Below, piece after piece: positions 49,757-59,555 of a stretch of DNA of 64,000 bases. Numbering within the stretch: the first letter of the stretch is position 1; every line of letters starts with the position of its first letter. The translations under genes were made by a program, and so were the position numbers. The notes below the pieces were generated by a model. The model had not been told where the DNA came from. It did no database searches and saw only the letters and a list, made by a program, of their open reading frames with translations. This DNA comes from Thermoanaerobaculia bacterium (lineage in GTDB: Bacteria > Acidobacteriota > Thermoanaerobaculia > Multivoradales > Multivoraceae): NCBI GenBank assembly GCA_963664405.1, contig OY761158.1, forward strand, positions 2,816,001-2,880,000, read 5' to 3'.

Positions 49757-50643
49757 CTACTCGGCGCCGTCGTAGGGAGGAGGCGCGCTTGGACCGAAGC
49801 CGAGGACGGTGGAGGGTGGCTCCAGGGCCGACGACAGATCCTCGAAGTCGTCGCCCGTGGCTAGAAATAGCTCAGTTTGGTAGCCCGGCTTCGTTGTCCA
49901 GTTGGCGCCCACGATCTTGAGATCGAGCTCAGCGACGAGGGTGAGGAAGTATTTCCAGTCGTAGTACACCGCCTGCGAAGGGTCGCAGTCGTTGACGAAG
50001 ACAGTGTGTTGGTGGGGAGCCAGCACTGGGAACCAGTCGCGGTTGAGGAAGAACCAGGTGGTGCGCAGGAGGCCCGTTTCGCCGATCATCTGCAGGCACT
50101 CACGTAGGTAGAACTCGGTCTGTCGCTGGTAGAGATGAGTGAAGATCGAATGAGCGTTGATCAGTGTGAAGTCCGAACCGTAGCAGTTGATCGCGAGAGT
50201 GTCGCGACGCGTATTCTGCGGTGCATAGGTCGGACTCCAAACATCGTGGTGATCGAAGACCACATCCACCCCGGGCATGCGAAGGTTGGTCCGACACCAA
50301 TCGATCATGCCGGCATGGACGTCAACACCGACGTAACGTTCGGGCGGGACTCGCTGAAGTAGCAGCTGGCGAGCATTGCGGCCGCAGCCGCAGCCGAAGT
50401 CGAAAACCCGTTTGTAGGCCTCCCTGGGTGCGAGGGCCCGATTGCGAGATCTCCCCAGACCGGGTCGCCGGAAGGGTTGTCGAAGACCGCCTTGTCGGTC
50501 GGGCCGACGATCTGCCGGTACTCGAGAGGCGGGAAGGGCAGCTCTCGTGGATCTGCCGCGCCCTCGGCTGGCTCGTGTGCGCTGCCCTTCCCACCAAAAG
50601 CTGCGAGGGCAGCGGCGAGGCTTCGCGGTCGACGTTTCTTCAT
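49757..50643 (-). pseudogene. class I SAM methyltransferase, -1 frameshift at ~50435
   Basis: LPFPPLEYRQIVG..FDNP in one frame, VFDFGCGCGR..SIFTHL in another; one extra C in GGGCCC joins them. Confidence 0.78.
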
Positions 50644-50678
50644 CCTCGCTCCGGCCCCGGGCTCCCGCTTCTTGGGCG

Positions 50679-50846
50679 CTAGAGACCAGCGTTTCCAAAG
50701 TTCGTGTGCAATAGCTCGAGGTCATTCTGTTCGCTGGCCAGGCGCGCCGACGCAGGCATATTGGGCAATATATCGAGGAGGCGCAACGCCGCCAGCGGGC
50801 AGAAGGGGCCGAGATATGTGCGCGAACTTTGGAAACGCTGGTCTAG
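50679..50846 (+). repeat. ~167-bp palindromic intergenic element, copy C
   Basis: Perfect 22-bp inverted repeat AGACCAGCGTTTCCAAAGTTCG (50683-50704 / 50823-50844); shared core. Confidence 0.92.
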
Positions 50847-50884
50847 TATAGATTGCTCAGGCCGCCTCGCGCAGTAGACCCGTG

Positions 50885-51127
50885 ATGAATGACTACGCGC
50901 CCACTCTCAGTAGCGGATCGTTCGCCCGATCTGCCCCACGGGGAGGTAGGCTGACGGTGTTACCAAGGCGCGAGCTCTTAGCCTGGTTCTCCGTTTTTCA
51001 CCTGCGCATTGCGCCGGTGCTCTTGGTGGTCCCTCTAGTGATCTTCGTCGTGTCCTGGCACACCGAGCCCTATCTCTTTGCCTATTCGGTCATAGCTCTG
51101 GTGCCTCTTCAACTAGCCTGGGCGTAG
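50885..51127 (+). CDS. small hydrophobic hypothetical protein
   Basis: Two TM-like segments; fills the gap before the next gene. Confidence 0.4.
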   Translation: MNDYAPTLSSGSFARSAPRGGRLTVLPRRELLAWFSVFHLRIAPVLLVVPLVIFVVSWHTEPYLFAYSVIALVPLQLAWA

Positions 51128-51171
51128 CGCGGCAAACTCTGGTCCGACATCCCTCGAAGGGAGTAGCCGAA

Positions 51172-52113
51172 ATGAGTGACAACTTCGATACGCCGATCTA
51201 TGTCTGCGGGGCCTTACGATCACCGAAACAGATGTTGGCTCAACAGGAGTACGGTGGCCATCTTTCGCTTCACGACGACCAGATGGCGAACCAGCTGGGC
51301 TTTCGAGCCGGTGCGATTGAAGGACCGACCCACTTCAGTCAGTTCGAGCCGCTGTTGGCGGAGGTGTGGGGGAAGGAGTGGTTCGAGACCGGGTGTCTTA
51401 GTGCTCACTACCGCAACATGGTGGTCGAGGGCGAGCAAGTTCGGGCCTACGTGGAACGACCTAGGAAGGCTCAGAATCTGGTGAGGATTCGCGCCGAGAA
51501 GGCGGACGGCACCGAGGTGCTCGTGGGCTCAGCCTCGATTGGCGGTGATCCACCGCAATCCGAGCTGGAGAGTCGCCTATCCGGTCTGCGCCTGCCCGGG
51601 CCCTTGGTCATCTTGCGTGACCTCGACGTCGGAATGCGGGGCGCGGAGGTCGAAGAGGTGCGGATGGACTTTGACCAGCACATGGGCAAAATGTATCCGT
51701 TCTCGCTCAACCAGAAGCTCGAATTCATCACCGAGTTGTCTCCCTGGTTCACCGAGAAAGGGGGGCCGAGCTCACCTTGGGGCCGGGCTATCATCCCTCT
51801 CGAGATGATCAGCGTGCTCGCCTCTTACTCCGGCCGCGGCGCTGGGTTCCCGAGTCATGGTCCCGCAGTCGGTCTGATCGCCGGCCAGCAGATTCGCAGG
51901 GTGAGAGGCCCTCTTTTCGTCGGCGAGGACTACCTCGTGGATCGCGAGATCATTGCCCTCAGCGAGAGTCGACGAACGGAGTCGACCTGGACCCGAGTCT
52001 CGATCCGCGAGCCCGGGTCGAATGACCTTGTTGCCGAGATGATCATGAACGGGGCTACCCTCAAGGACTCCTATCCCAACTACCAGCAGGAGTTGGCCGC
52101 GCTAACCCAATAA
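51172..52113 (+). CDS. hypothetical protein, probable double hotdog (MaoC-like) fold
   Basis: SLHDD..A.QLGF.AG.IEG.TH pattern; GGGAG RBS. Confidence 0.6.
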   Translation: MSDNFDTPIYVCGALRSPKQMLAQQEYGGHLSLHDDQMANQLGFRAGAIEGPTHFSQFEPLLAEVWGKEWFETGCLSAHYRNMVVEGEQVRAYVERPRKAQNLVRIRAEKADGTEVLVGSASIGGDPPQSELESRLSGLRLPGPLVILRDLDVGMRGAEVEEVRMDFDQHMGKMYPFSLNQKLEFITELSPWFTEKGGPSSPWGRAIIPLEMISVLASYSGRGAGFPSHGPAVGLIAGQQIRRVRGPLFVGEDYLVDREIIALSESRRTESTWTRVSIREPGSNDLVAEMIMNGATLKDSYPNYQQELAALTQ

Positions 52114-52134
52114 CGCGGTAGCGGTGGCCGAGAC

Positions 52135-52461
52135 TCAGCGAAAGCTCTCCATCGCGCGCTTGAGCGCTTTGACCAGACCCAGTCGGCGCAGCAGCGTCTT
52201 GGCCCCCTCTGATCTTCGAATGGTCAGCTCCAGTCGTTTCGCCAATCCGAAAGCCGCCAGCTCGGTGAGCTCGGGGCAGCGGGCGATGACGTCGGACGCG
52301 ACTTCGTCGAAGTCCGGAATCTCGGGATCGACGATGAAAAACCCATCATCGGCGTACGAGCGGATGCTCTTCCGCGTTTCCTCGTCGTAGGAGCTTTCTG
52401 CGAGCTGGCGCTCGAAGAAGGGCGAGTCGATCCAGGGGCGATTGAGCTGGGAAGGATCCAT
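52135..52461 (-). pseudogene. truncated phytanoyl-CoA dioxygenase-like N-terminus
   Basis: NRPWIDSPFF...YADDGFFIVD resembles a PhyH-family N-terminus; no HxD catalytic motif. Confidence 0.45.
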
Positions 52462-52489
52462 TACCGGCTGGAGCCTCGGCGGTCGGCGT

Positions 52490-53548
52490 CTACGGCAGAC
52501 GGTTCACCGCTTGCTCGGCAAGCGTGAGTGAGCGCTCGATTTGTATGGGCATGTTCTCGAGATCGATACCTTCCGTACTCTTCTTGCCTTCCATATAGCG
52601 GGCATAGACGCCGTGGGTGATCGCCGCCGACTTCCAGCGATTGAAGCCGACGTAGTAGCCGAGGTTGGAGAGCTCACGGCCGGTGCGATCTGCGTAGCGC
52701 TCGGCCAGCTCATCGCGTGGCGGAAAGCCCGGCGCGGCGGTCGGCCGTCGATCAGAGACTGTCGCAGTGTCTCCCGGTTGGGGCCAGTTGTTCAGCGCGT
52801 AGGCGAGGTCGGCCAGCGGGTCGCCCAGGGTCGAGATCTCCCAGTCGACCACAGCGGCGATGGTCGAGTCCGGTCCGACCAGGCAGTTGTGCAGGCTGTA
52901 GTCGCCGTGGACTACGCGAGCCGGTCCCTGATCCGGAAGGTTGTCGAGAAAGTACCTCTGTAGATCGTGGGCCCTGGGATCGTCGAACTCAGCCGGCTCG
53001 ATCGATGCCGTCCACGAGCGATACCAGGTTCGCAGCTGCCGCTCGACGTAGCCGTCTCTCTTGCCCAGATCGCCGAGACCGACCGCGTCGGGGTCGACGG
53101 CATGGAGGTCGGCGAGCACGTCGATGAACGAGTAAGCGAGCTTGGGCCGGTTCTCCTCCGGCACCCATTCCAAGGTGTGGGCCTCGGTGTAGAGCGGGCG
53201 CCCGTCGACCCGCCCCATGACATAGAACCAGGCCCCGGTTACGTCGGGACTCTCACAGAAGCCGAGCGCGACCGGTACCGGCACCGGCGTCGGCCCGAGG
53301 GCCGAGATCAGCGACCACTCTCGGCTCATATCGTGAGCCTTGGGCAGCAGAACTCCCTGGGGTGGCCGACGGATCACCGCCGACTGGCCGTTGGCGTCGT
53401 CGAGCCGATAAGTCAGGTTGGAGTGGCCGCCCTCGAGGCGTGTCCACTGCAAGGGTGGGGTGAGGCTGTCGATGTGCTCGGCGATCCAGGCCTCTACCGC
53501 CGGTTGATTGTAGCCTTCAGGGCCGGTGCTTTCATCGTGTGACGACAT
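52490..53548 (-). CDS. phosphotransferase family protein (APH/ACAD10-like)
   Basis: GGHSNLTY, RRPP, AHDMSRE, VHGDY, VDWEISTLGDPLADL. Confidence 0.92.
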   Translation of the reverse strand: MSSHDESTGPEGYNQPAVEAWIAEHIDSLTPPLQWTRLEGGHSNLTYRLDDANGQSAVIRRPPQGVLLPKAHDMSREWSLISALGPTPVPVPVALGFCESPDVTGAWFYVMGRVDGRPLYTEAHTLEWVPEENRPKLAYSFIDVLADLHAVDPDAVGLGDLGKRDGYVERQLRTWYRSWTASIEPAEFDDPRAHDLQRYFLDNLPDQGPARVVHGDYSLHNCLVGPDSTIAAVVDWEISTLGDPLADLAYALNNWPQPGDTATVSDRRPTAAPGFPPRDELAERYADRTGRELSNLGYYVGFNRWKSAAITHGVYARYMEGKKSTEGIDLENMPIQIERSLTLAEQAVNRLP

Positions 53549-53692
53549 CGCCGTTTCCTTAGAGTGTAGTGCTTGGCCGCTGGAGTCTATTCTTCTTACG
53601 GTGGCCGGGAGCATACATGGCTGCAGCTTCGTTCCTCCGGTGGGTGGACCACACTCACGAGGTCTTCCCTGCCGCCGTCAGACACTTTCTGA

Positions 53693-53872
53693 GTGACTCG
53701 GGCTCCGATTCTCCTCTCGCTTCTGCTGGTCTCACTCAGTGGGGAGGGAATCAAGTTCCCCCAGCAGGTACATCAAGTGATCGAAAACCTGTGGGTGACA
53801 ACCACCTCTTACACCGGGACCGAGATGAACCCGGATCTTCCGGATAGCCTGTTCGAGCTCCCGGGCAAGTAG
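53693..53872 (+). pseudogene. 59-aa ORF: signal-like N-terminus fused to a LolA-like C-terminus
   Basis: GTG-TRAPILLSLLLVSLSGEGIKFPQQ...EMNPDLPDSLFELPGK*; below the ORF-track cutoff. Confidence 0.45.
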
Positions 53873-53884
53873 CATTGGGCCTCG

Positions 53885-55837
53885 ATGAGCGATGACGCTC
53901 GATCCCTACTACACAGACACTTTGGGTTCCGGGATTTTCTCCCGGGCCAGCTCGAAGTGATCGGTTCCCTCTTCAAGGGTCACTCGGCGGCGGCTGTATT
54001 TCCGACCGGTGGCGGCAAGTCGCTCTGCTATCAGCTGCCTGCTCTGACCTTCGGCGGCCTGACGTTGGTGGTCTCACCGCTGATCGCGTTGATGAAGGAC
54101 CAGATCGACGCTCTTCTCGCTCGCGGCATAAAGGCGCGGCGCCTCGATTCGACACTTTCGGCCGATGAGTACCGAGAGGTGGTCGAGGCGCTGCGCAGCG
54201 GGGAGCTACAGCTCCTCTACGTGGCTCCGGAGCGTTTCAACAACGAGCGTTTCAGGGGCATGCTCGTTGACCTCGAGATCTCACTCTTCGCGGTCGACGA
54301 AGCACACTGTATTTCGGAGTGGGGCCATAACTTTCGTCCCGACTATCTGAAACTTGCTCGCTTCGCCCGTGAATGCGGCGCCAAGCGGGTCCTGGCGCTC
54401 ACCGCGACCGCCACCGAGGAAGTTCTCCGTGACGTCTGCCGCAGCTTCGAGATCGCCTCTGAGCATGCCATTCGAACAGTTTTCTATCGGGACAATCTGA
54501 GACTGCTGGCGAGAGGGGTCGAGGCTTTTGAGCGCGAGGCCTTGCTCGCGGCGAGGCTGAGGGAGCGTCCCGCCGGCGCGACGATCGTGTACGTGACTCT
54601 GCAACGCACGGCAGAGGCACTATGCGATCGACTGATCGCGGCGGGGCTCGACGCCCGCGCCTACCATGCAGGAATGAAGGACGATGATCGTGCGAAGGTT
54701 CAGGACTGGTTTTTCGCCTCGGAGGCCTCGATCGTCGTGGCGACGATCGCCTTCGGCATGGGTATCGACAAACCCGACATCCGCTATGTCTACCACTTCA
54801 ATCTGCCCAAGAGCCTCGAGGGTTATGCGCAGGAGATCGGCCGTGCGGGTCGCGACGGGAAGGCTTCGATATGCGAGATGCTGGTGTGTCAGGACGACCT
54901 CAACGCTCTCGAGAACTTCGCATACGGCGACACGCCGAGTCGCTCGGCGATCGACAGTTTCGTCGACGAGATCTTCGATCCGGGGCGGGGAGAGAGTTTC
55001 GACGTCAGCTTGTACCAGCTCTCGGCCAGGTGCGACATCCGGCTGCTGGTGGTGCGGACCCTACTGACCTACCTCGAGCTCGATGGCTATCTCGAGGGCG
55101 GGACGCCGCTCTACTCGACCTACCAGTTTCAACCGCGGATGAGCTCGGCAGAGATTCTGAGCGAGCTCGAGGGCGACCACAGGCTCTTCGTCGAGAGCGT
55201 CTTTCGTCGCTCGAAGAAGGGACGCACCTGGTTCACGCTCGATATCGACGAGGTGGCTCGCCATCTGGGAGCTCCGCGGACGCGGGTTCTGTTGGCCCTC
55301 GATGGTCTGCACGAGAGCGGTAGGTTGGAGGTGCGGGCTAAAGGCGTGCGACTAAGGTACCGCCTGTTGCGAGAACCGGTTTCCCGGGAAGAGCTTGTCG
55401 AGTCGCTTTGGGAGCGCATGGGTGTGCGCGAGCGTGCTGAGCTCGGCCGATTGTCCGAAGTGATCGATTGGGTCGTCCTCGACGGCTGCCAAGTCCGAGC
55501 GCTCGGTTCGCGCTTCGGAGATCAGGAAGAGGAGCCTTGCGGCCACTGCGCCTGGTGCGAAGGGGGCCGCAGTCCGGTGAAGGTGCCTCCACGGGCGGCG
55601 ACGAAGATCTCCGAAGCGGTATGGGCAGAGGCCGCGGCCCTCGCTCAGGAAGAGGAGGGTGCTCTCGACGAGCCCAGGGCCGTCGCCCGATTTCTATGTG
55701 GAGTCGGGTCTCCCTGGTTGAGTCGGGCGAAATTGACGAGCCATCGTCTATTCGGCTCTCTGCGAGAGGTCGGTTTCTCGCAGGTTCTGAAGCGCGCTCA
55801 GGACGGCTCGCTCAGTCGGCAGACGAAGACTTCATAG
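53885..55837 (+). CDS. recQ: RecQ family ATP-dependent DNA helicase
   Basis: PTGGGKSLCYQLP, VDEAHCISEWGHNFRPDY, ATIAFGMGIDK, QEIGRAGRDG, CGHC..C. Confidence 0.93.
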   Translation: MSDDARSLLHRHFGFRDFLPGQLEVIGSLFKGHSAAAVFPTGGGKSLCYQLPALTFGGLTLVVSPLIALMKDQIDALLARGIKARRLDSTLSADEYREVVEALRSGELQLLYVAPERFNNERFRGMLVDLEISLFAVDEAHCISEWGHNFRPDYLKLARFARECGAKRVLALTATATEEVLRDVCRSFEIASEHAIRTVFYRDNLRLLARGVEAFEREALLAARLRERPAGATIVYVTLQRTAEALCDRLIAAGLDARAYHAGMKDDDRAKVQDWFFASEASIVVATIAFGMGIDKPDIRYVYHFNLPKSLEGYAQEIGRAGRDGKASICEMLVCQDDLNALENFAYGDTPSRSAIDSFVDEIFDPGRGESFDVSLYQLSARCDIRLLVVRTLLTYLELDGYLEGGTPLYSTYQFQPRMSSAEILSELEGDHRLFVESVFRRSKKGRTWFTLDIDEVARHLGAPRTRVLLALDGLHESGRLEVRAKGVRLRYRLLREPVSREELVESLWERMGVRERAELGRLSEVIDWVVLDGCQVRALGSRFGDQEEEPCGHCAWCEGGRSPVKVPPRAATKISEAVWAEAAALAQEEEGALDEPRAVARFLCGVGSPWLSRAKLTSHRLFGSLREVGFSQVLKRAQDGSLSRQTKTS

Positions 55838-56415
55838 TCGCAGACGCCGCTTCTCATCGGGTAGGTCCGCTCCACCGTGAAGTATTCGCGAAGCTTGGCT
55901 TCATATTCGGAAGCCTTGCGAATGAAGTCGCCGCGGTCGAGATTCTGGATCAGGCTACCGACGAAGTTGCCGCGGTCGCGTGCCGGAACATCCTCCCAAG
56001 CGATGAGGCGACCGTCTGGACGGAGCGCTCGACGCAGTCCCGCCAATACACTGTCGACGGTGGCGTCGTCCAGATGATGAAGAACCCCACCGACCAGTGC
56101 GGCCTCGAAGGTGGCCTGACCCACCGCGAGCGATCGTAGGTCCATGGTCGCAAAGGTGTGGTTCGGCGCCTTTCGTCGCGCCGATACAAGCCGGCCGAAG
56201 TCCATGTCGACTCCGAAGTACGACTTCGAGTCGAAGTTTCGAGCCATCTCCCCGGTTCCGCAGCCCGCGTCGATGACTCTTTTAGCTGAAAGGAGCCCCT
56301 CCCGGCGAAGGACTTCCTTCTCGCCGCGAAAGCCCGCTTCGAGAATCCACCGTAGGAAGTGCCAAAGACGCGGCGACGTCGAGATGCCGTGAAGAAGCTT
56401 CTCGTGCAGTGTCAA
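55798..56415 (-). CDS. class I SAM-dependent methyltransferase
   Basis: VIDAGCGTG, YFGVD, VLHHL, LRPDG. Confidence 0.85.
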   Translation of the reverse strand: MTLHEKLLHGISTSPRLWHFLRWILEAGFRGEKEVLRREGLLSAKRVIDAGCGTGEMARNFDSKSYFGVDMDFGRLVSARRKAPNHTFATMDLRSLAVGQATFEAALVGGVLHHLDDATVDSVLAGLRRALRPDGRLIAWEDVPARDRGNFVGSLIQNLDRGDFIRKASEYEAKLREYFTVERTYPMRSGVCDYEVFVCRLSEPS

Positions 56416-56531
56416 GGGTTATGCCGCCCCCCGCAAAGGTCCATGACTCTCGACTTCAGGTCCGACTGTTCGCTGTGAGGGGTGTCGAGTTGACAGACCC
56501 GGGCCGTGTGCGGATACGCTAGCGAAACCTT

Positions 56532-57476
56532 ATGTTGGGGCCACCCACGATCACCTTTGTGATCCCAGTGTACAACGGCTCCGCCACGGTTGGAGACGTG
56601 GTCAAGGACATCCAGGAGCATTTCCGGGGGGAGGACTTCGAGATCGTCCTGGTCAACGACGGGTCGCAGGACGACAGCGAGAGCACCTGTCGCGAGCTCA
56701 GAGAAAGGTATCCAGGTCTCATCACCTACGTTCATCTCGCTCACAACTTCGGTGAGCATGCGGCCGTTCTTGCCGGTCTTAACCATGCTCAGGGCGACTA
56801 CGTCGCCGTTCTCGACGACGATGGTCAGAACCCGCCCCGGGAGGTTAGGCGTCTCTTCGAGGAGATCCAGAAAGGGTCTGCTGACGTGGTCTACGGGCGC
56901 TACCGATCGAAGCGCCACGGTCGGCTACGCAACCTCGGCAGTTGGTTCAATGACGCCATGGCCAACGCCATGCTCAAGAAGCCGCGAGACCTATATCTTT
57001 CGAGCTTCAAGATCATGAACCGGTTCTTGGTGGACCAGATAACCAAGTACAAGGGGCCCTTCCCCTACATTGACGGGCTCATTCTTCGCACTACCTCGAG
57101 TATCGGACAGATTGAAGTGGAACATGTCAGTCGCCCGACAGGGAAGTCGGGCTACACCGCCAAGAAGCTGGTGTCGCTGTGGCTGAATATGTTCTTGAAC
57201 TTCTCGATCGCTCCACTCAGGGCCGCTGTTTTTCTGGGGCTGATCACTTCGGCGTTCAGCATCTTGTTGTTGACAGGAATCGTGATCGACAAGATCTATA
57301 TCAACCCGAATCTCACTATCGGGATCCCGACCGTTCTGGTGGTACAGACCCTCTTTGCCGGGGTGCAGCTGGTGGTCCTTGGAACGATCGGAGAATACCT
57401 GGGTCGATTGTTCCTCGATCACTCGAAGCGGCCTCAATTCGTTGTTCGCTACTGTCGGGAAAGGTCCGAGCCCTGA
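56532..57476 (+). CDS. GT2 polyprenol-phosphate glycosyltransferase (ArnC/GtrB-like)
   Basis: IPVYN, VNDGS.D, NFGEH.A..AGL, LDDDGQNPP, two C-terminal TM helices, IGEYLGR. Confidence 0.9.
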   Translation: MLGPPTITFVIPVYNGSATVGDVVKDIQEHFRGEDFEIVLVNDGSQDDSESTCRELRERYPGLITYVHLAHNFGEHAAVLAGLNHAQGDYVAVLDDDGQNPPREVRRLFEEIQKGSADVVYGRYRSKRHGRLRNLGSWFNDAMANAMLKKPRDLYLSSFKIMNRFLVDQITKYKGPFPYIDGLILRTTSSIGQIEVEHVSRPTGKSGYTAKKLVSLWLNMFLNFSIAPLRAAVFLGLITSAFSILLLTGIVIDKIYINPNLTIGIPTVLVVQTLFAGVQLVVLGTIGEYLGRLFLDHSKRPQFVVRYCRERSEP

Positions 57477-58447
57477 GCAGCTTCTTTGATGGCAAGCGGG
57501 TGCTGATCACCGGTGGAGTCGGCTTTATTGGCAGCAACCTGGCGATCCGACTGGTGGACTGTGGAGCTCGTGTCTCGCTCATCGACTCCATGTTGCCGCA
57601 GTATGGGGCGATCTTGAGCAACATCGACCCCGTCCGCGACCGAGTGCATGTCAACTTCTCCGACGTACGCGACCGGCACACACTGCCGTACCTTGTCCGG
57701 GACCAAGAGGTGATCTTCAGCCTCGCCGGACAGGTGAGCCACTCAGACAGCATGCTCGACCCCCTGACCGACCTGGACATCAACTGTGCAAGCCAGCTCG
57801 CCCTGCTCGAAGCCTGTCGCGAGAACAATCCCGGCGCGCGCGTGGTCTCTGCCAGCACCAGGCAGCTCTACGGTCGGCCTCAGTATCTGCCGGTGGACGA
57901 GAACCACCCGCTCAATCCAGTAGACGTCAATGGCATCAACAAGCTCGCCTCAGAGTATTACTACACTCTCTATCATCAGGTTTACGGGCTGCACACAGTC
58001 AGCCTGCGTCTGACCAACACCTACGGTCCGAGAATGGACGTACGGAGCCTCAACAAGGGCTTCGTCGGCATCTTCGTGCAGCGAGCGATGCGAGGAGAGT
58101 CGATCAAGGTCTTCGGAGACGGGCAGCAACGCCGCGATTTCAACTTCGTCGACGACGTCGTCGACGCGCTGCTCCTGGCGGCCGAAGATGGTGAGCTTGC
58201 CGGCCAGGTCTTCAACCTCGGACATCCGGAGCCCAGAACTCTGTTGGAGTTCGTCGAGATTCTCCGTGAGATCGTCGCCTTCGAGTACAGCTTGGTTCCC
58301 TTTCCGGACCAGGCCAAGGCCATCGACATCGGCGACTACTACGGGTCTTTCGAGAAGTTCCATGCGGCCACGGGATGGTCACCGAAGACAGACCTGCGAG
58401 AAGGACTCGAAGCCACCATCCGATATCTGAGCGACACCTCGGACTGA
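57473..58447 (+). CDS. NAD-dependent epimerase/dehydratase
   Basis: [40 protein letters not shown]; start uncertain (CTG proposed). Confidence 0.9.
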   Translation: MSSFFDGKRVLITGGVGFIGSNLAIRLVDCGARVSLIDSMLPQYGAILSNIDPVRDRVHVNFSDVRDRHTLPYLVRDQEVIFSLAGQVSHSDSMLDPLTDLDINCASQLALLEACRENNPGARVVSASTRQLYGRPQYLPVDENHPLNPVDVNGINKLASEYYYTLYHQVYGLHTVSLRLTNTYGPRMDVRSLNKGFVGIFVQRAMRGESIKVFGDGQQRRDFNFVDDVVDALLLAAEDGELAGQVFNLGHPEPRTLLEFVEILREIVAFEYSLVPFPDQAKAIDIGDYYGSFEKFHAATGWSPKTDLREGLEATIRYLSDTSD

Positions 58448-58454
58448 CACTGTC

Positions 58455-59555
58455 TTGTCGTTCACCCCCTTCTTCGACTACAAGCGTCAATACTCCGCGC
58501 TCAAGGTCGAGCTCGACGATGCGATCCAGCGCGTCCTGAGCTCAGGGTCGCTGATCCTGGGTCCCGAATGCACCGCGTTCGAACAAGAGCTCGCCTCTTA
58601 CACCGGCAGCGGCCACGCGGTCGGCGTAGGTAGTGGTACCGATGCCTTGAACCTGGCGCTCCGAGCGTTGGGAGTAGGCGCGGGCGATGAAGTGGTGACG
58701 GTTGCAAATGCGGGGGTGCCACCGGTCGCCGCGATCTGCGCCACCCAGGCAAAACCGGTCTTTGTCGACGTGGAAGAGAGCACCTTGCTGCTGAGCCCTG
58801 CCAAGATCCTCCCTGCACTTTCGGAGCGGACGCGCTGCATTCTCGTCGTCCACCTGTATGGCCAGCCGGTCGATCTCGACCCTGTCCTCGAGATCGCAAG
58901 GGAGCACGACCTCGCTGTGGTGGAGGACTGTGCCCAGGCCCACGGCGCTACCTACCAGGGGAGGCACGTCGGCACTTTCGGCGATGTGGGTTGCTTCTCG
59001 TTCTACCCGACCAAGAACCTCGGCGCCTACGGTGACGGTGGCGCTTGTGTCACATCCAGCCCTGAGCTGGCGGAGCGAATTCGGGCCCTTCGCAACTACG
59101 GATGGAACGCCGATCGAAGCTCGGTGATCGAAGGTTTCAATTCACGCTTGGATGAGATTCAAGCAGCGATCCTGCGGGTAAAACTTCGACGCCTCTCGGA
59201 ATCCGTCGCTCAGCGGCGTCGAATCGCCGGCGAATACAGGCGCCGAATCGCGGGTTCGAAGCACGGCCTGCTTGGATCAACTCCGCAAGCGAGTCACGCG
59301 TATCATCTCTTCGTGATCAGGGCCTCGAATCGCCCGCACCTGGTCGAGGTTCTTCGTGAAAGGGGCATCGGGTTTGGTATCCACTATCCGGTTCCCGTCC
59401 ACTTGATGCCGGCATACGAACCTCTCGGCTGCCAGCCCGGTGACCTCCCCGTCAGCGAAGCGGCTGCCGAAGCAATCGTGTCGCTCCCCATGTTTCCGGA
59501 GCTCGAAGATTCCGAGATCGCCAACGTTGCCGACGCCCTGCTCTTCTCCCAGTGA
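58455..59555 (+). CDS. DegT/DnrJ/EryC1/StrS sugar aminotransferase
   Basis: [42 protein letters not shown]. Confidence 0.95.
   Translation: MSFTPFFDYKRQYSALKVELDDAIQRVLSSGSLILGPECTAFEQELASYTGSGHAVGVGSGTDALNLALRALGVGAGDEVVTVANAGVPPVAAICATQAKPVFVDVEESTLLLSPAKILPALSERTRCILVVHLYGQPVDLDPVLEIAREHDLAVVEDCAQAHGATYQGRHVGTFGDVGCFSFYPTKNLGAYGDGGACVTSSPELAERIRALRNYGWNADRSSVIEGFNSRLDEIQAAILRVKLRRLSESVAQRRRIAGEYRRRIAGSKHGLLGSTPQASHAYHLFVIRASNRPHLVEVLRERGIGFGIHYPVPVHLMPAYEPLGCQPGDLPVSEAAAEAIVSLPMFPELEDSEIANVADALLFSQ

Noticed and set aside
10110-50846. Hairpin elements as integron attC sites, CRISPR repeats or simple terminators
   Set aside because: Ends are CTAG-like rather than RYYYAAC/GTTRRRY, and no integrase is present; there is no repeat-spacer periodicity or cas gene; there is no U-tract, they are too long, and two sit between divergent genes.
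53885-55837. RecQ as part of an anti-phage defence system
   Set aside because: Neighbours are metabolic or glycosylation genes; no nuclease, DNA methylase or other defence partner.
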